From: Deltaproteobacteria bacterium
GTDB lineage: Bacteria > Myxococcota_A > Polyangia > JAAYKL01
Direction: 5' to 3'
NCBI GenBank assembly: GCA_030621515.1
Contig: JAUXHN010000003.1
Span: 1-57,255, forward strand
DNA: 57,255 nucleotides
This document shows positions 49,990 through 57,255 of this stretch, one piece after another. A program made the translations under genes and the position numbers. The number at the start of each line of letters is the position of its first letter. Within the stretch, counting starts at the first letter, position 1. Under the pieces are notes generated by a model, which was not told the origin of the DNA, did not search any database, and saw nothing but the letters and a program-made list of their open reading frames with translations.

Positions 49990-50851
49990 GAAAGCGCCTG
50001 ACCCGTAGGATGACAAGATCCGGCTGTTCGATGGGAAGGGAGTGGGTCCCTCCCGGTACCATCATCAGTTGTGCCCCCGGTATGGCCGAGGCCATCAGGC
50101 TGGATCGCCTCGAGGGTGTAAAACTGTCCTCTTCACCTGCTATGACCAGCGTGGGAACGTCCACGTCCGAAAGATAGGGGGTCGCGTCGTGGTGTCCTGC
50201 CCCTTCCAGGATGTGCAGCCCGATCCTGATATCTACCCTGTTCATTCTGGCAACATACTCGGCCAGATCCGGCGCCCGGATGAGGCGATTGTTGACCTCG
50301 TGGGATCGCAGAGTTGTTCGCAGTATCCAGTCTGATGGAAGCGAGCGCCACGCTCTGGAAGCCAGATTCGGAAGAAACCGGGTGATCACGTCGAAAAGTG
50401 GCACCAGATACCCGAGAATTGCACTTTCGTGGAAGCTCTCGATTATTCGACCCGGAGAGCCGCACAGGAGCACAAGGCCGGAAATCGATTCCCTGTGCCT
50501 GTGCCACAGCTCCAGAGCGACCTGAACACCCAGGCTGTGTCCCACAACGGTGACGCCTTTGACCCCGGCGTGATCGATTACGATAGCGGCGTCGTCCGCG
50601 AGCCTTTCAATAGACAGATCGGCCCAGTACGATGGATCCTGGGACGATCCGTGGCCCGGGTAGTTCCAGTGCAGGCAATCGTGATCGGTTTGAAGGGCGG
50701 GGATCAGGTATTTCCAAACATGGCCTTCGCAAAGCAACCCGTCACAGAACAGCAGTGGCGCCCCGGTCCCACCACGCTCGTAGAAGATCCTGGTTCCGTC
50801 CATACCGCGAACCGATCTCTCCTGCAACGACTGGTATTTGAACCCCTGCAA
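49976..50851 (-). CDS. Alpha/beta fold hydrolase
   Basis: PGHG.S, GHSLG nucleophile, GEED, GGTH. Confidence 0.9.
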   Translation of the reverse strand: MQGFKYQSLQERSVRGMDGTRIFYERGGTGAPLLFCDGLLCEGHVWKYLIPALQTDHDCLHWNYPGHGSSQDPSYWADLSIERLADDAAIVIDHAGVKGVTVVGHSLGVQVALELWHRHRESISGLVLLCGSPGRIIESFHESAILGYLVPLFDVITRFLPNLASRAWRSLPSDWILRTTLRSHEVNNRLIRAPDLAEYVARMNRVDIRIGLHILEGAGHHDATPYLSDVDVPTLVIAGEEDSFTPSRRSSLMASAIPGAQLMMVPGGTHSLPIEQPDLVILRVRRFLNER

Positions 50852-50864
50852 GGTTCTTCGAACG

Positions 50865-51056
50865 TCAGGGCTTTGAGTCTATTTCATCCGGTTCGTTGAC
50901 GGACGGGTACTTCATGATGTCCTTTCGGGCGATTTTCCACGCCTTTTGCACGATCCAGGACAGGGAACGATCCTGACGATTTGCCTCAGCGGTTATCTCA
51001 TTGAGCATTTCCTCGGGGAAATACAGGCTTTGCTTTCGCTTGTCGCTCTTTGACAT
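50865..51056 (-). CDS. Myxobacterial small ribbon-helix-helix-like protein (TIGR04563-type)
   Basis: DKRKQSLYFPE.ML.EI..EA.RQDRSLSW.VQ.AWKIAR, with GGGAG RBS. Confidence 0.85.
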   Translation of the reverse strand: MSKSDKRKQSLYFPEEMLNEITAEANRQDRSLSWIVQKAWKIARKDIMKYPSVNEPDEIDSKP

Positions 51057-51110
51057 CTGAGAACTCCCTTCATGATGGGATGAATTGTACTACTTTACCC
51101 TACAATGGAT

Positions 51111-51139
51111 ACTGTATGCTACACTATCCGCAACGTCAA
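51111..51139 (-). promoter_or_regulatory. Sigma-70-type promoter for the small RHH gene
   Basis: Minus strand TTGACG-17 nt-TACAGT. Confidence 0.5.
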
Positions 51140-51162
51140 CACATACCCATGAAATTACCTGC

Positions 51163-51810
51163 TCAGAAGACCCGTTCGGGGACAAAGAGGATGTCACCTG
51201 GACGAAGAATGAAGTTGGACGCCTTTCCCTGTCCGATGGCCTCCACCGGCACCGTGAACTGCTTCTCTTCGCCGTTCACGATCCTGGTGACGGTGGTATC
51301 GTTGGCACGGGCCATTGACGTGAACCCGCCCGACAGGGAGATAGCCTCCACCACGCTCATACCTTCCTGGTACGGGAAGGTGCCGGGCTTTTTGACTTGC
51401 CCGAAGATCGACACTTTCTTGCTGTTGTACTCCTTGACCAGAACCGACACGTGAGGCTTTTTGAGAAAGTTTCCTTCGATGAGCAACTGCTCCAGAAGCT
51501 TCGTCACCTCGGTGGGGGTCAATCTGCCTACTACAACGGTTCCCAGGAGCGGATACTCGATGGTGCCGTCGGAAGCCACCTTGAATGTGTCGGTCAACTC
51601 CTTCTCGTCGTAAACACGGATATCGAACACGTCGCCCGGTCCGAGGGTGGTGTCCATGGAATCGCCGCTGTCAATGGGTTTGGGTGTAACGGGCTGCGTG
51701 GAGCCGCAAGCCGCCGCGAGGATCCCGGCGATGACGATGGCTATTGCAACAAGTCCAAAATTTGTCGGGAGGTAAATTGCGGGAAGATCCGAGGCCGTGC
51801 CGTTGACCAT
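51163..51810 (-). CDS. Short OPX polysaccharide export protein (Poly_export + one SLBB, no C-terminal helix)
   Basis: LGPGDVFDIRV, DGTIEYPLLG, GQVKKPG, L.PGDILFVPERVF. Lipobox AAAC. Confidence 0.9.
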   Translation of the reverse strand: MVNGTASDLPAIYLPTNFGLVAIAIVIAGILAAACGSTQPVTPKPIDSGDSMDTTLGPGDVFDIRVYDEKELTDTFKVASDGTIEYPLLGTVVVGRLTPTEVTKLLEQLLIEGNFLKKPHVSVLVKEYNSKKVSIFGQVKKPGTFPYQEGMSVVEAISLSGGFTSMARANDTTVTRIVNGEEKQFTVPVEAIGQGKASNFILRPGDILFVPERVF

Positions 51811-53142
51811 CTAGTAGTGCGCCCGGACGCCACCGAACACCTCGAACTTGTTGAATCCGGCGTTGTAGGTAGTGGTCGTTCCCGATGCATCATCCATAAC
51901 GTCGTACTCGAATTCGGTGATGTCAGCCAGATAACTGCCGGATGCGTGCAGGGACAGCCAATCGTTGATGCGGAACTCCAGAAGGAGCGACGCGCTCGCC
52001 CAGACGTCGGCTCTCTCGTAATTAGCAGGAGTAACGGTGATCCCCGGGTGGAAGGGTCCGGAGTTCGTGGCGTAGTCACGATAGAACACCTCGCCCTTTA
52101 AAGTGGCGAGGAAGACGCCGCCGAACATGTGCTCGTACGATAGATATCCACCGTTCTTGACGAAATAATTGGCGTACATGGAGTCCACGAAATCTCTTTG
52201 TCCGCCGAGCCTGATGTTGGAAAAAGGAGTGATAAAGAACGCCAACTCCGCCTGGGCGAGGACGCTGTCGAAGTTGGGCCCGGCAGAGTAGAAGCTTGCT
52301 CCGTATCCAGCCAGCAGGAGCAGGGCGAAACGATAGGTGATAAGCCCCTGGATTCCAAAAAGACTTCTGATGGGCAATGAGTTGTTGTTGATCGTGGCGC
52401 TGCCGTAATAGACCGTCGGCGTGAAATTGAACCTGGAAACCAGAGCGGTCTTGGGGAACACCTTCCACGAGGTGTGGAAACGCACATCATGGGTGTGCTT
52501 GTCGTTCTGATTTCCCATGCTCGGGTCTTCCCAGATGACGAAGTTGAGGCGGTAACCGGTCTCAAAGGTCAGGGTGCCCCCGCCGGGCCTCACGCGAAAG
52601 CCGATACCCGGTCTGATGTCGTGTCGGTTGTTGGCATCGTACGCTGTTTCATAAGGTGTGAGTGTCCTCATGTAAGCCGCGTCGAGAATCAGGCCGAAGT
52701 TGCCTTCGGGAAACAGCTCGAATTTGAGGTTGGTGGCCACGCCGAAAGCGTTCTTACCGTTAACCTGATCGACGTTGGAATTATCACTCAGAGCGAAATG
52801 ATGGTCGTATGAGCTGGCCACACCGAGCCGGAACCTTATTTTCGGCGGGGTCGCATCGAGAACCCCGTCGTCCTGCACGCGCCGCTTGCCGTCTCTGGTG
52901 GCCAGATCGACATACGGAGTGATCCTCAACCGCACGGCGGGATCTTTGTCCCCGGCCTCGTAGAAAGTGTTTGTATCGTAGCCGGCCTCAGCGCCGAGGC
53001 CCAGGTGCAGGACCAGAGAATCACTAACCTTGATGCCGGCGCCCTCCTTGTCCTCGCGATCCTCAAGCCATATCTGTGCATCGGCCGCAACACAGGCGAC
53101 AAAAATGACAAGCGCGATCAAGCCGGCATAGAAACTACGCAT
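51811..53142 (-). CDS. Outer-membrane beta-barrel, OPX partner (EpsX/Wzp-like)
   Basis: Signal peptide, GIKV...VLH.G...EAGYDTN.FY, alternating strands, terminal aromatic residue. Stop abuts the OPX start. Confidence 0.8.
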   Translation of the reverse strand: MRSFYAGLIALVIFVACVAADAQIWLEDREDKEGAGIKVSDSLVLHLGLGAEAGYDTNTFYEAGDKDPAVRLRITPYVDLATRDGKRRVQDDGVLDATPPKIRFRLGVASSYDHHFALSDNSNVDQVNGKNAFGVATNLKFELFPEGNFGLILDAAYMRTLTPYETAYDANNRHDIRPGIGFRVRPGGGTLTFETGYRLNFVIWEDPSMGNQNDKHTHDVRFHTSWKVFPKTALVSRFNFTPTVYYGSATINNNSLPIRSLFGIQGLITYRFALLLLAGYGASFYSAGPNFDSVLAQAELAFFITPFSNIRLGGQRDFVDSMYANYFVKNGGYLSYEHMFGGVFLATLKGEVFYRDYATNSGPFHPGITVTPANYERADVWASASLLLEFRINDWLSLHASGSYLADITEFEYDVMDDASGTTTTYNAGFNKFEVFGGVRAHY

Positions 53143-53219
53143 TACATTCTTGAGTTATAATTTTCTGACAATGGTGTGTGCCGACCCGTTAGCCGACACC
53201 ACAGCGCCCACATCCTATT

Positions 53220-53807
53220 TTAAAAAAACGCACTCGCGTGTGGAGGTTGGTCCACCCCTACTTCCACATTCAACGGTTCCGTTGGGTCCTCCAGAGTAAT
53301 ATCTTCATCCACGGTTACAATGGTTTCCGATTCACCAATAACAACATCTGTGTCACCGATACAGTTTTCGGCTTCGGCCATCAATCCTTGTATTCGTGCA
53401 ACGTAGATCTTCAAAATAACAAATTGCTGTCTGGAGGATGCGGTATCACCAGCCCCCACAGAAACCTCCAACGCCGACTTTCGCTCCTCGACACCCCTCA
53501 TATTGACGTGAATCTGGGTCAACTTGTCATCAAGGCAGGTGATCTTGAGAGTGTCCTTTTCCTTGCGCGCACGATCGAGCATATTCTGCACGCGGTGGTA
53601 AATCCCACGCACCACGCCCATTTGCTGATCTATCCACGCAACCATCTGTGTTCCCGAGAGATTTGTGTCATCGGCGGCAACCGTCACGTCCAGATCTGGT
53701 TGCGTATCAGGGGCTACACTCTGGGCACTGACGTTGCCGAGCAATGCAATGCCGGCAATTAACGCGACCGCGCCCAGAAGAACACGTCCTTTCAATGCTC
53801 TACCCAT
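53220..53807 (-). CDS. Exported helical hypothetical protein
   Basis: Signal peptide, AR.EKD..K..C..DKL...AE.C.G, PP.AS C-terminus. Confidence 0.75.
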   Translation of the reverse strand: MGRALKGRVLLGAVALIAGIALLGNVSAQSVAPDTQPDLDVTVAADDTNLSGTQMVAWIDQQMGVVRGIYHRVQNMLDRARKEKDTLKITCLDDKLTQIHVNMRGVEERKSALEVSVGAGDTASSRQQFVILKIYVARIQGLMAEAENCIGDTDVVIGESETIVTVDEDITLEDPTEPLNVEVGVDQPPHASAFF

Positions 53808-54030
53808 CACTGTCGCCTCTCTTGAAACACACTCTTCCCCACGAGGATTCAACCTATCTACAAGACAGCTTTGTGTTACTAGCACAAGGAGTCCTTTCTG
53901 GCTATCGACGAAATGTTTTTTTCGTCTGGACCTTGAATAGGTTCCCTGAGCGTCACAAACTGTTCAAAATCTAATCCCCCGGGTCAAAACCCAACTACAA
54001 AACGAATATTCTTATCGAAAACCGATCAGC

Positions 54031-55506
54031 TCATCCAGCAGGGGTGAACATAAATGGGTATTCGAAGGTTACGGTTCCACCTTCCGGTGGCGGGAACCGG
54101 AATCGCTTGAATGCGCTCACCATGCAGTTTCCCACTGCGGGAGTCAGTTCGTTCAACGTGGTCCTCGCCGTAGTAACTTTTCCGCTCCCTGAAATTGTAA
54201 ACCGGATGGTCACTTTTCCCTGCAAAGTGGGGTCGCGTTTCAACGCTTGCTCGTAACATCCCTTGATTGCGCCGAGTCTGCGATTTACTACTTTGGCAAC
54301 ATCCGAGGCGGCCATCATTCCCGTACCACCCGACGCCATCGGCTTCTTTTTCCTCACCTTGCCCTTGATCTTCTTCTCTGCTCCGGGACCCGCCGTCTTT
54401 ACCGACTTATCGCCGCCCTTCACCTTCAACTGGGAGATGTCCGCAGCTTCACCGCTTCCTTTTCCGCCGGCGGGGCCTTTCAGAGACCCACCGGTCTCTC
54501 CGGTAGCAACACCGATTCCGTCCACCTGAGAGAGAAGATCGTCCTGGTCGGCACCAACGTCACCGCCTCTCAGAACGTCGGCGATGGCTCCTTCGGCATC
54601 TCCACCCAGCGTACCGAGAATCTTGTTGATGCCTCGCTCCGCGATCTGTTGCGCCAGCGCTGCCCGCTTTTCCGCTCTCTCGCGAGCGATCTCGGCCGCT
54701 GACCTCTTTGGCCCATCGTCCCTGGCCTTCGATTTACCGGACGATTTCTGCTCCTCTTCCTGTTCCTCTCCCTCGTCGTCTTCGGCCACCTCGTCGCCCT
54801 CTCCATCCAGAACAGCCTTCTTCTCTTTTTCGAAGGTAGCCGTTTCTGCGGCAATAAGCTCTTCGAGTTGCATGAACCTGTCCCAGTCGGAGACCACGGG
54901 CCAGTCCGTCATCTCCCACCAGACGACCACGCCGACCTCGACCAGGAGGAAAAACAGCCAGGCGATCACCACGAAAGAACCCATACCGGCAAGCATAGAT
55001 CCTCGCACAGACGACGGAAGCTGCGGTCGTGGTTGGATTGGCGGCGGCGCTACAAACTGGAACAGAATGGTGGAATCACCGATCAGCACCTTTCCACGAG
55101 CCTTGTCGTTCAGGGGGATCTGGAAGAACTTTCCTTTTTTTCGGGCACGACCGCTGGATCTCAGATCTGCGAGTTCCACCACTTGCCCATCGGTGGAGAT
55201 CCGGCCGTTCATTGCGGCGCTGAAGTTCAGTGTGTAGTGGTCGCCCTTTGTTTCGAAAATATCAAATCGGGACGACGGAAGATCCTGCGCTGGAATGACA
55301 AAAGTGTTCTTCTCGGAAGGTCCTATCGTGATCGTCTCTTGGCGGCGAATGATCCTTTCTTCTATGATCTTTCCGCCCTGAATCACTCCTATGCGAAGAA
55401 CTTTCGGGAGATTCTTCGTGGAAGCACTCCTGCGCTGCGCGGATCCCCGCGCTTGAGGCTTAACTCCCGTTTTTTGAGAAGTGGATTTTGGTGTCGAAGA
55501 AGCCAT
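54031..55506 (-). CDS. GltG/PglI-like TonB-type energy transducer (AgmX/PglI C-terminal domain)
   Basis: VLRIGVIQGGKIIEER N-domain, TM segment, charged linker, I..CYE..LK..P.L.GKV...FTI..SG.V...F.YPF.F. Confidence 0.85.
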   Translation of the reverse strand: MASSTPKSTSQKTGVKPQARGSAQRRSASTKNLPKVLRIGVIQGGKIIEERIIRRQETITIGPSEKNTFVIPAQDLPSSRFDIFETKGDHYTLNFSAAMNGRISTDGQVVELADLRSSGRARKKGKFFQIPLNDKARGKVLIGDSTILFQFVAPPPIQPRPQLPSSVRGSMLAGMGSFVVIAWLFFLLVEVGVVVWWEMTDWPVVSDWDRFMQLEELIAAETATFEKEKKAVLDGEGDEVAEDDEGEEQEEEQKSSGKSKARDDGPKRSAAEIARERAEKRAALAQQIAERGINKILGTLGGDAEGAIADVLRGGDVGADQDDLLSQVDGIGVATGETGGSLKGPAGGKGSGEAADISQLKVKGGDKSVKTAGPGAEKKIKGKVRKKKPMASGGTGMMAASDVAKVVNRRLGAIKGCYEQALKRDPTLQGKVTIRFTISGSGKVTTARTTLNELTPAVGNCMVSAFKRFRFPPPEGGTVTFEYPFMFTPAG

Positions 55507-55604
55507 CGACGAACTCCCCTTATACTCCGGTCGATCGTCGTGGCAATTGGAACGGACCCCCTATCCCCTGACAGATCGCAGAACGGGAAAATTGACCAGT
55601 TGCC

Positions 55605-56180
55605 CTAATTCGCTTTGCCGCCTTCTGCGGCGACAAACTTAAATTTTTCGAACTCCGCCTGACCGGCCGTATATAAAACCTCTGTTACCAAACGATAACT
55701 GGTCCCCGAATGTGCCACAACAAGTGCCTTACCCTCAAACGGCTGATTTGTCCTGGCCGCAATCATTTTGAGGTGCTGCACCTTTTCCTTCAGTGAATCG
55801 AAAAGCGGGTTGATGAGCAGCCCCTCCTGTCCATCCCGCTTCATGCTTTCGTCCACGGCGCCGTTCCTGAGATCGGCGACCTTGATATCCTGGACCATGA
55901 TGGCCTTTGTGGATATTGCGATGACTATCGCGTCCTCGAGCGGCTGCACGGACGTTGATCTCGGCAGTTTCAGGTCATCGGACTCACGAATCTGCACGGG
56001 ATCGGAGCCGAAACTCTTGAGAAGGAAGCACAGGATGATCGTGAAGGCGTCCATCAGTGAGTTGATGAGCAGTTTCGGCCGCGGAGTAGACCGCATGCGT
56101 CGCTTGTCTTTTTTGGCCTGGCGTTTTGCCGCCCAAATTGCGTCTACCTGACTGGCATTTCCCGGCGTGTTAGGATCCAT
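55605..56180 (-). CDS. ExbD/TolR family protein (AglS-like)
   Basis: INSLMDAFTIILCFLLKSF, LP.S, Y..V..VLYTAGQAEF. Confidence 0.88.
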   Translation of the reverse strand: MDPNTPGNASQVDAIWAAKRQAKKDKRRMRSTPRPKLLINSLMDAFTIILCFLLKSFGSDPVQIRESDDLKLPRSTSVQPLEDAIVIAISTKAIMVQDIKVADLRNGAVDESMKRDGQEGLLINPLFDSLKEKVQHLKMIAARTNQPFEGKALVVAHSGTSYRLVTEVLYTAGQAEFEKFKFVAAEGGKAN

Positions 56181-56238
56181 TCGATACCCTCCGTAGAAAT
56201 GATCGGTTTTCTACTCAGCCGCCATCTCGAAAAAACTG

Positions 56239-56748
56239 TTACACCACACCGCGCGTCAGCGTCACCACATCGAAGAGCGGTTCTTCCAGAGTGCCGCGCG
56301 AGTAGTCCATCGCCTTTATAAGCACTTCGAACTGAATATCGTCCTCCGCGCCCAAAATGATATTTCTCTCTTCCCTGTGATCGGCCTTCAGCTCCTTGAG
56401 CTTTCGCGCAAACTCATCGAAATCCCAATCGTCGTCCTTCTTGGGAATGTCCGGACCTGACGATGCGGTCTCGGTTGCCTGGGACATCCAGGACATCCGA
56501 TGCTTGGGGTTGACCTTGAAATGGAACCCCTGGTCGGTGATCATGACCGTCAGGTTGAGCGCCTCGTTCTGATCGGGCGGCTGTTGTGCGGGAGCGCGCG
56601 AGATCTTGGGGGCGTTCACCGTCAGGGTCATGAACCGAACGAATACCGCGCCGTACAGGAGGAGAGGAATCAGCATGCACACCAGGTTCATGATCGGGAT
56701 CAGCGGATCACCCTCATATGGTTCTTCTTTTCGCCTTTTCTTTGCCAT
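56239..56748 (-). CDS. ExbD/TolR family protein (AglQ-like position)
   Basis: LIPIMNLVCMLIPLLL TM, AEDDIQFEVLIKAMD, LF..V.L. Confidence 0.85.
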   Translation of the reverse strand: MAKKRRKEEPYEGDPLIPIMNLVCMLIPLLLYGAVFVRFMTLTVNAPKISRAPAQQPPDQNEALNLTVMITDQGFHFKVNPKHRMSWMSQATETASSGPDIPKKDDDWDFDEFARKLKELKADHREERNIILGAEDDIQFEVLIKAMDYSRGTLEEPLFDVVTLTRGVV

Positions 56749-56838
56749 GTGGCGTCCTCCTAAAACAGAGTTGTTTCAAAACCGTCGAGCAAGCTCTTCA
56801 GTTTGATCGACAACTCGAAACCCAAGGAAGTTCCAACG

Positions 56839-57255
56839 CTACTGCGAACCACCCGCACGGTAACGAGAAACGAGCAGATTCTCTAACTTGACGGAATGCT
56901 GATCGATCTCGTTGAGAATCTTGGTGGTCACCGAGGCCAGGAACATGTGCGCCGACATACACGGGATGGCCACGATCAAACCAAAGGCAGTGGTATTCAT
57001 GGCCACCGAAATACCTTTGGCCAGAGCGGCTGCACGGGCGTCGGGTGCGGCAGACTCGAGGGCGGAGAACGCCTGAATCAGACCCACGATGGTACCGAGC
57101 AGTCCGAGCAGGGTGGCGATGTTGGCCACACCACCGAGGATCGGTGTTCGCTTCTGAACGATCGGCACAACCTCCAGGGTTGCTTCTTCAATGGCGTTCG
57201 AGACCTCCAGCTCACCCTTGTTGGCGCGGGTAAGGCCGGCCTTGATAACCTTGGG
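56839..57255 (-). CDS. MotA/TolQ/ExbB proton channel (AglR-like), 5' partial
   Basis: ATLLGLLGTIVGLIQAF...GIS.AM.TTAFGL.VAIP. Frame open to the window end. Confidence 0.92.
   Translation of the reverse strand, partial: PKVIKAGLTRANKGELEVSNAIEEATLEVVPIVQKRTPILGGVANIATLLGLLGTIVGLIQAFSALESAAPDARAAALAKGISVAMNTTAFGLIVAIPCMSAHMFLASVTTKILNEIDQHSVKLENLLVSRYRAGGSQ

Noticed and set aside
53808-54030. Possible riboswitch upstream of the export genes
   Set aside because: No c-di-GMP or other riboswitch consensus could be identified; likely an AT-rich promoter region.

Overview
GC-rich bacterial chromosomal window, almost certainly Myxococcota (Polyangia-like), judged from mglBA, an AglRQS/GltG-like motor cluster, a TIGR04563-type small protein and MYXO-CTERM-like and CFI-box sorting signals. 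It holds about 55 CDSs. Core genes include dksA, coaE, a ychF-like ATPase, truA, smpB, a DinG/YoaA helicase, comF and a class II HMG-CoA reductase. RNA elements are tRNA-Ile2(CAU), RNase P RNA and a cobalamin riboswitch. There is a hicBA toxin-antitoxin pair and a high density of secreted proteins and lipoproteins. No CRISPR array, integrase or transposase was seen. Best leads: (1) a lipoprotein with the full motif set of eukaryotic secretory-pathway Fam20C/Four-jointed kinases, in a window where five exported proteins carry Asp-Ser/Asp-Thr repeat linkers as candidate substrates; (2) a cobalamin riboswitch controlling one lipoprotein of unknown fold rather than a known B12 transporter; (3) a short palindromic repeat family found intergenically, as an in-frame 57-bp insertion in comF, and as a triple-nested element between mglBA and a divergent gene; (4) an ExbBD/Agl-type motor with an Asp-to-Asn subunit, beside a short OPX and beta-barrel polysaccharide exporter. 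All family calls come from motif recognition by eye; no searches were run.
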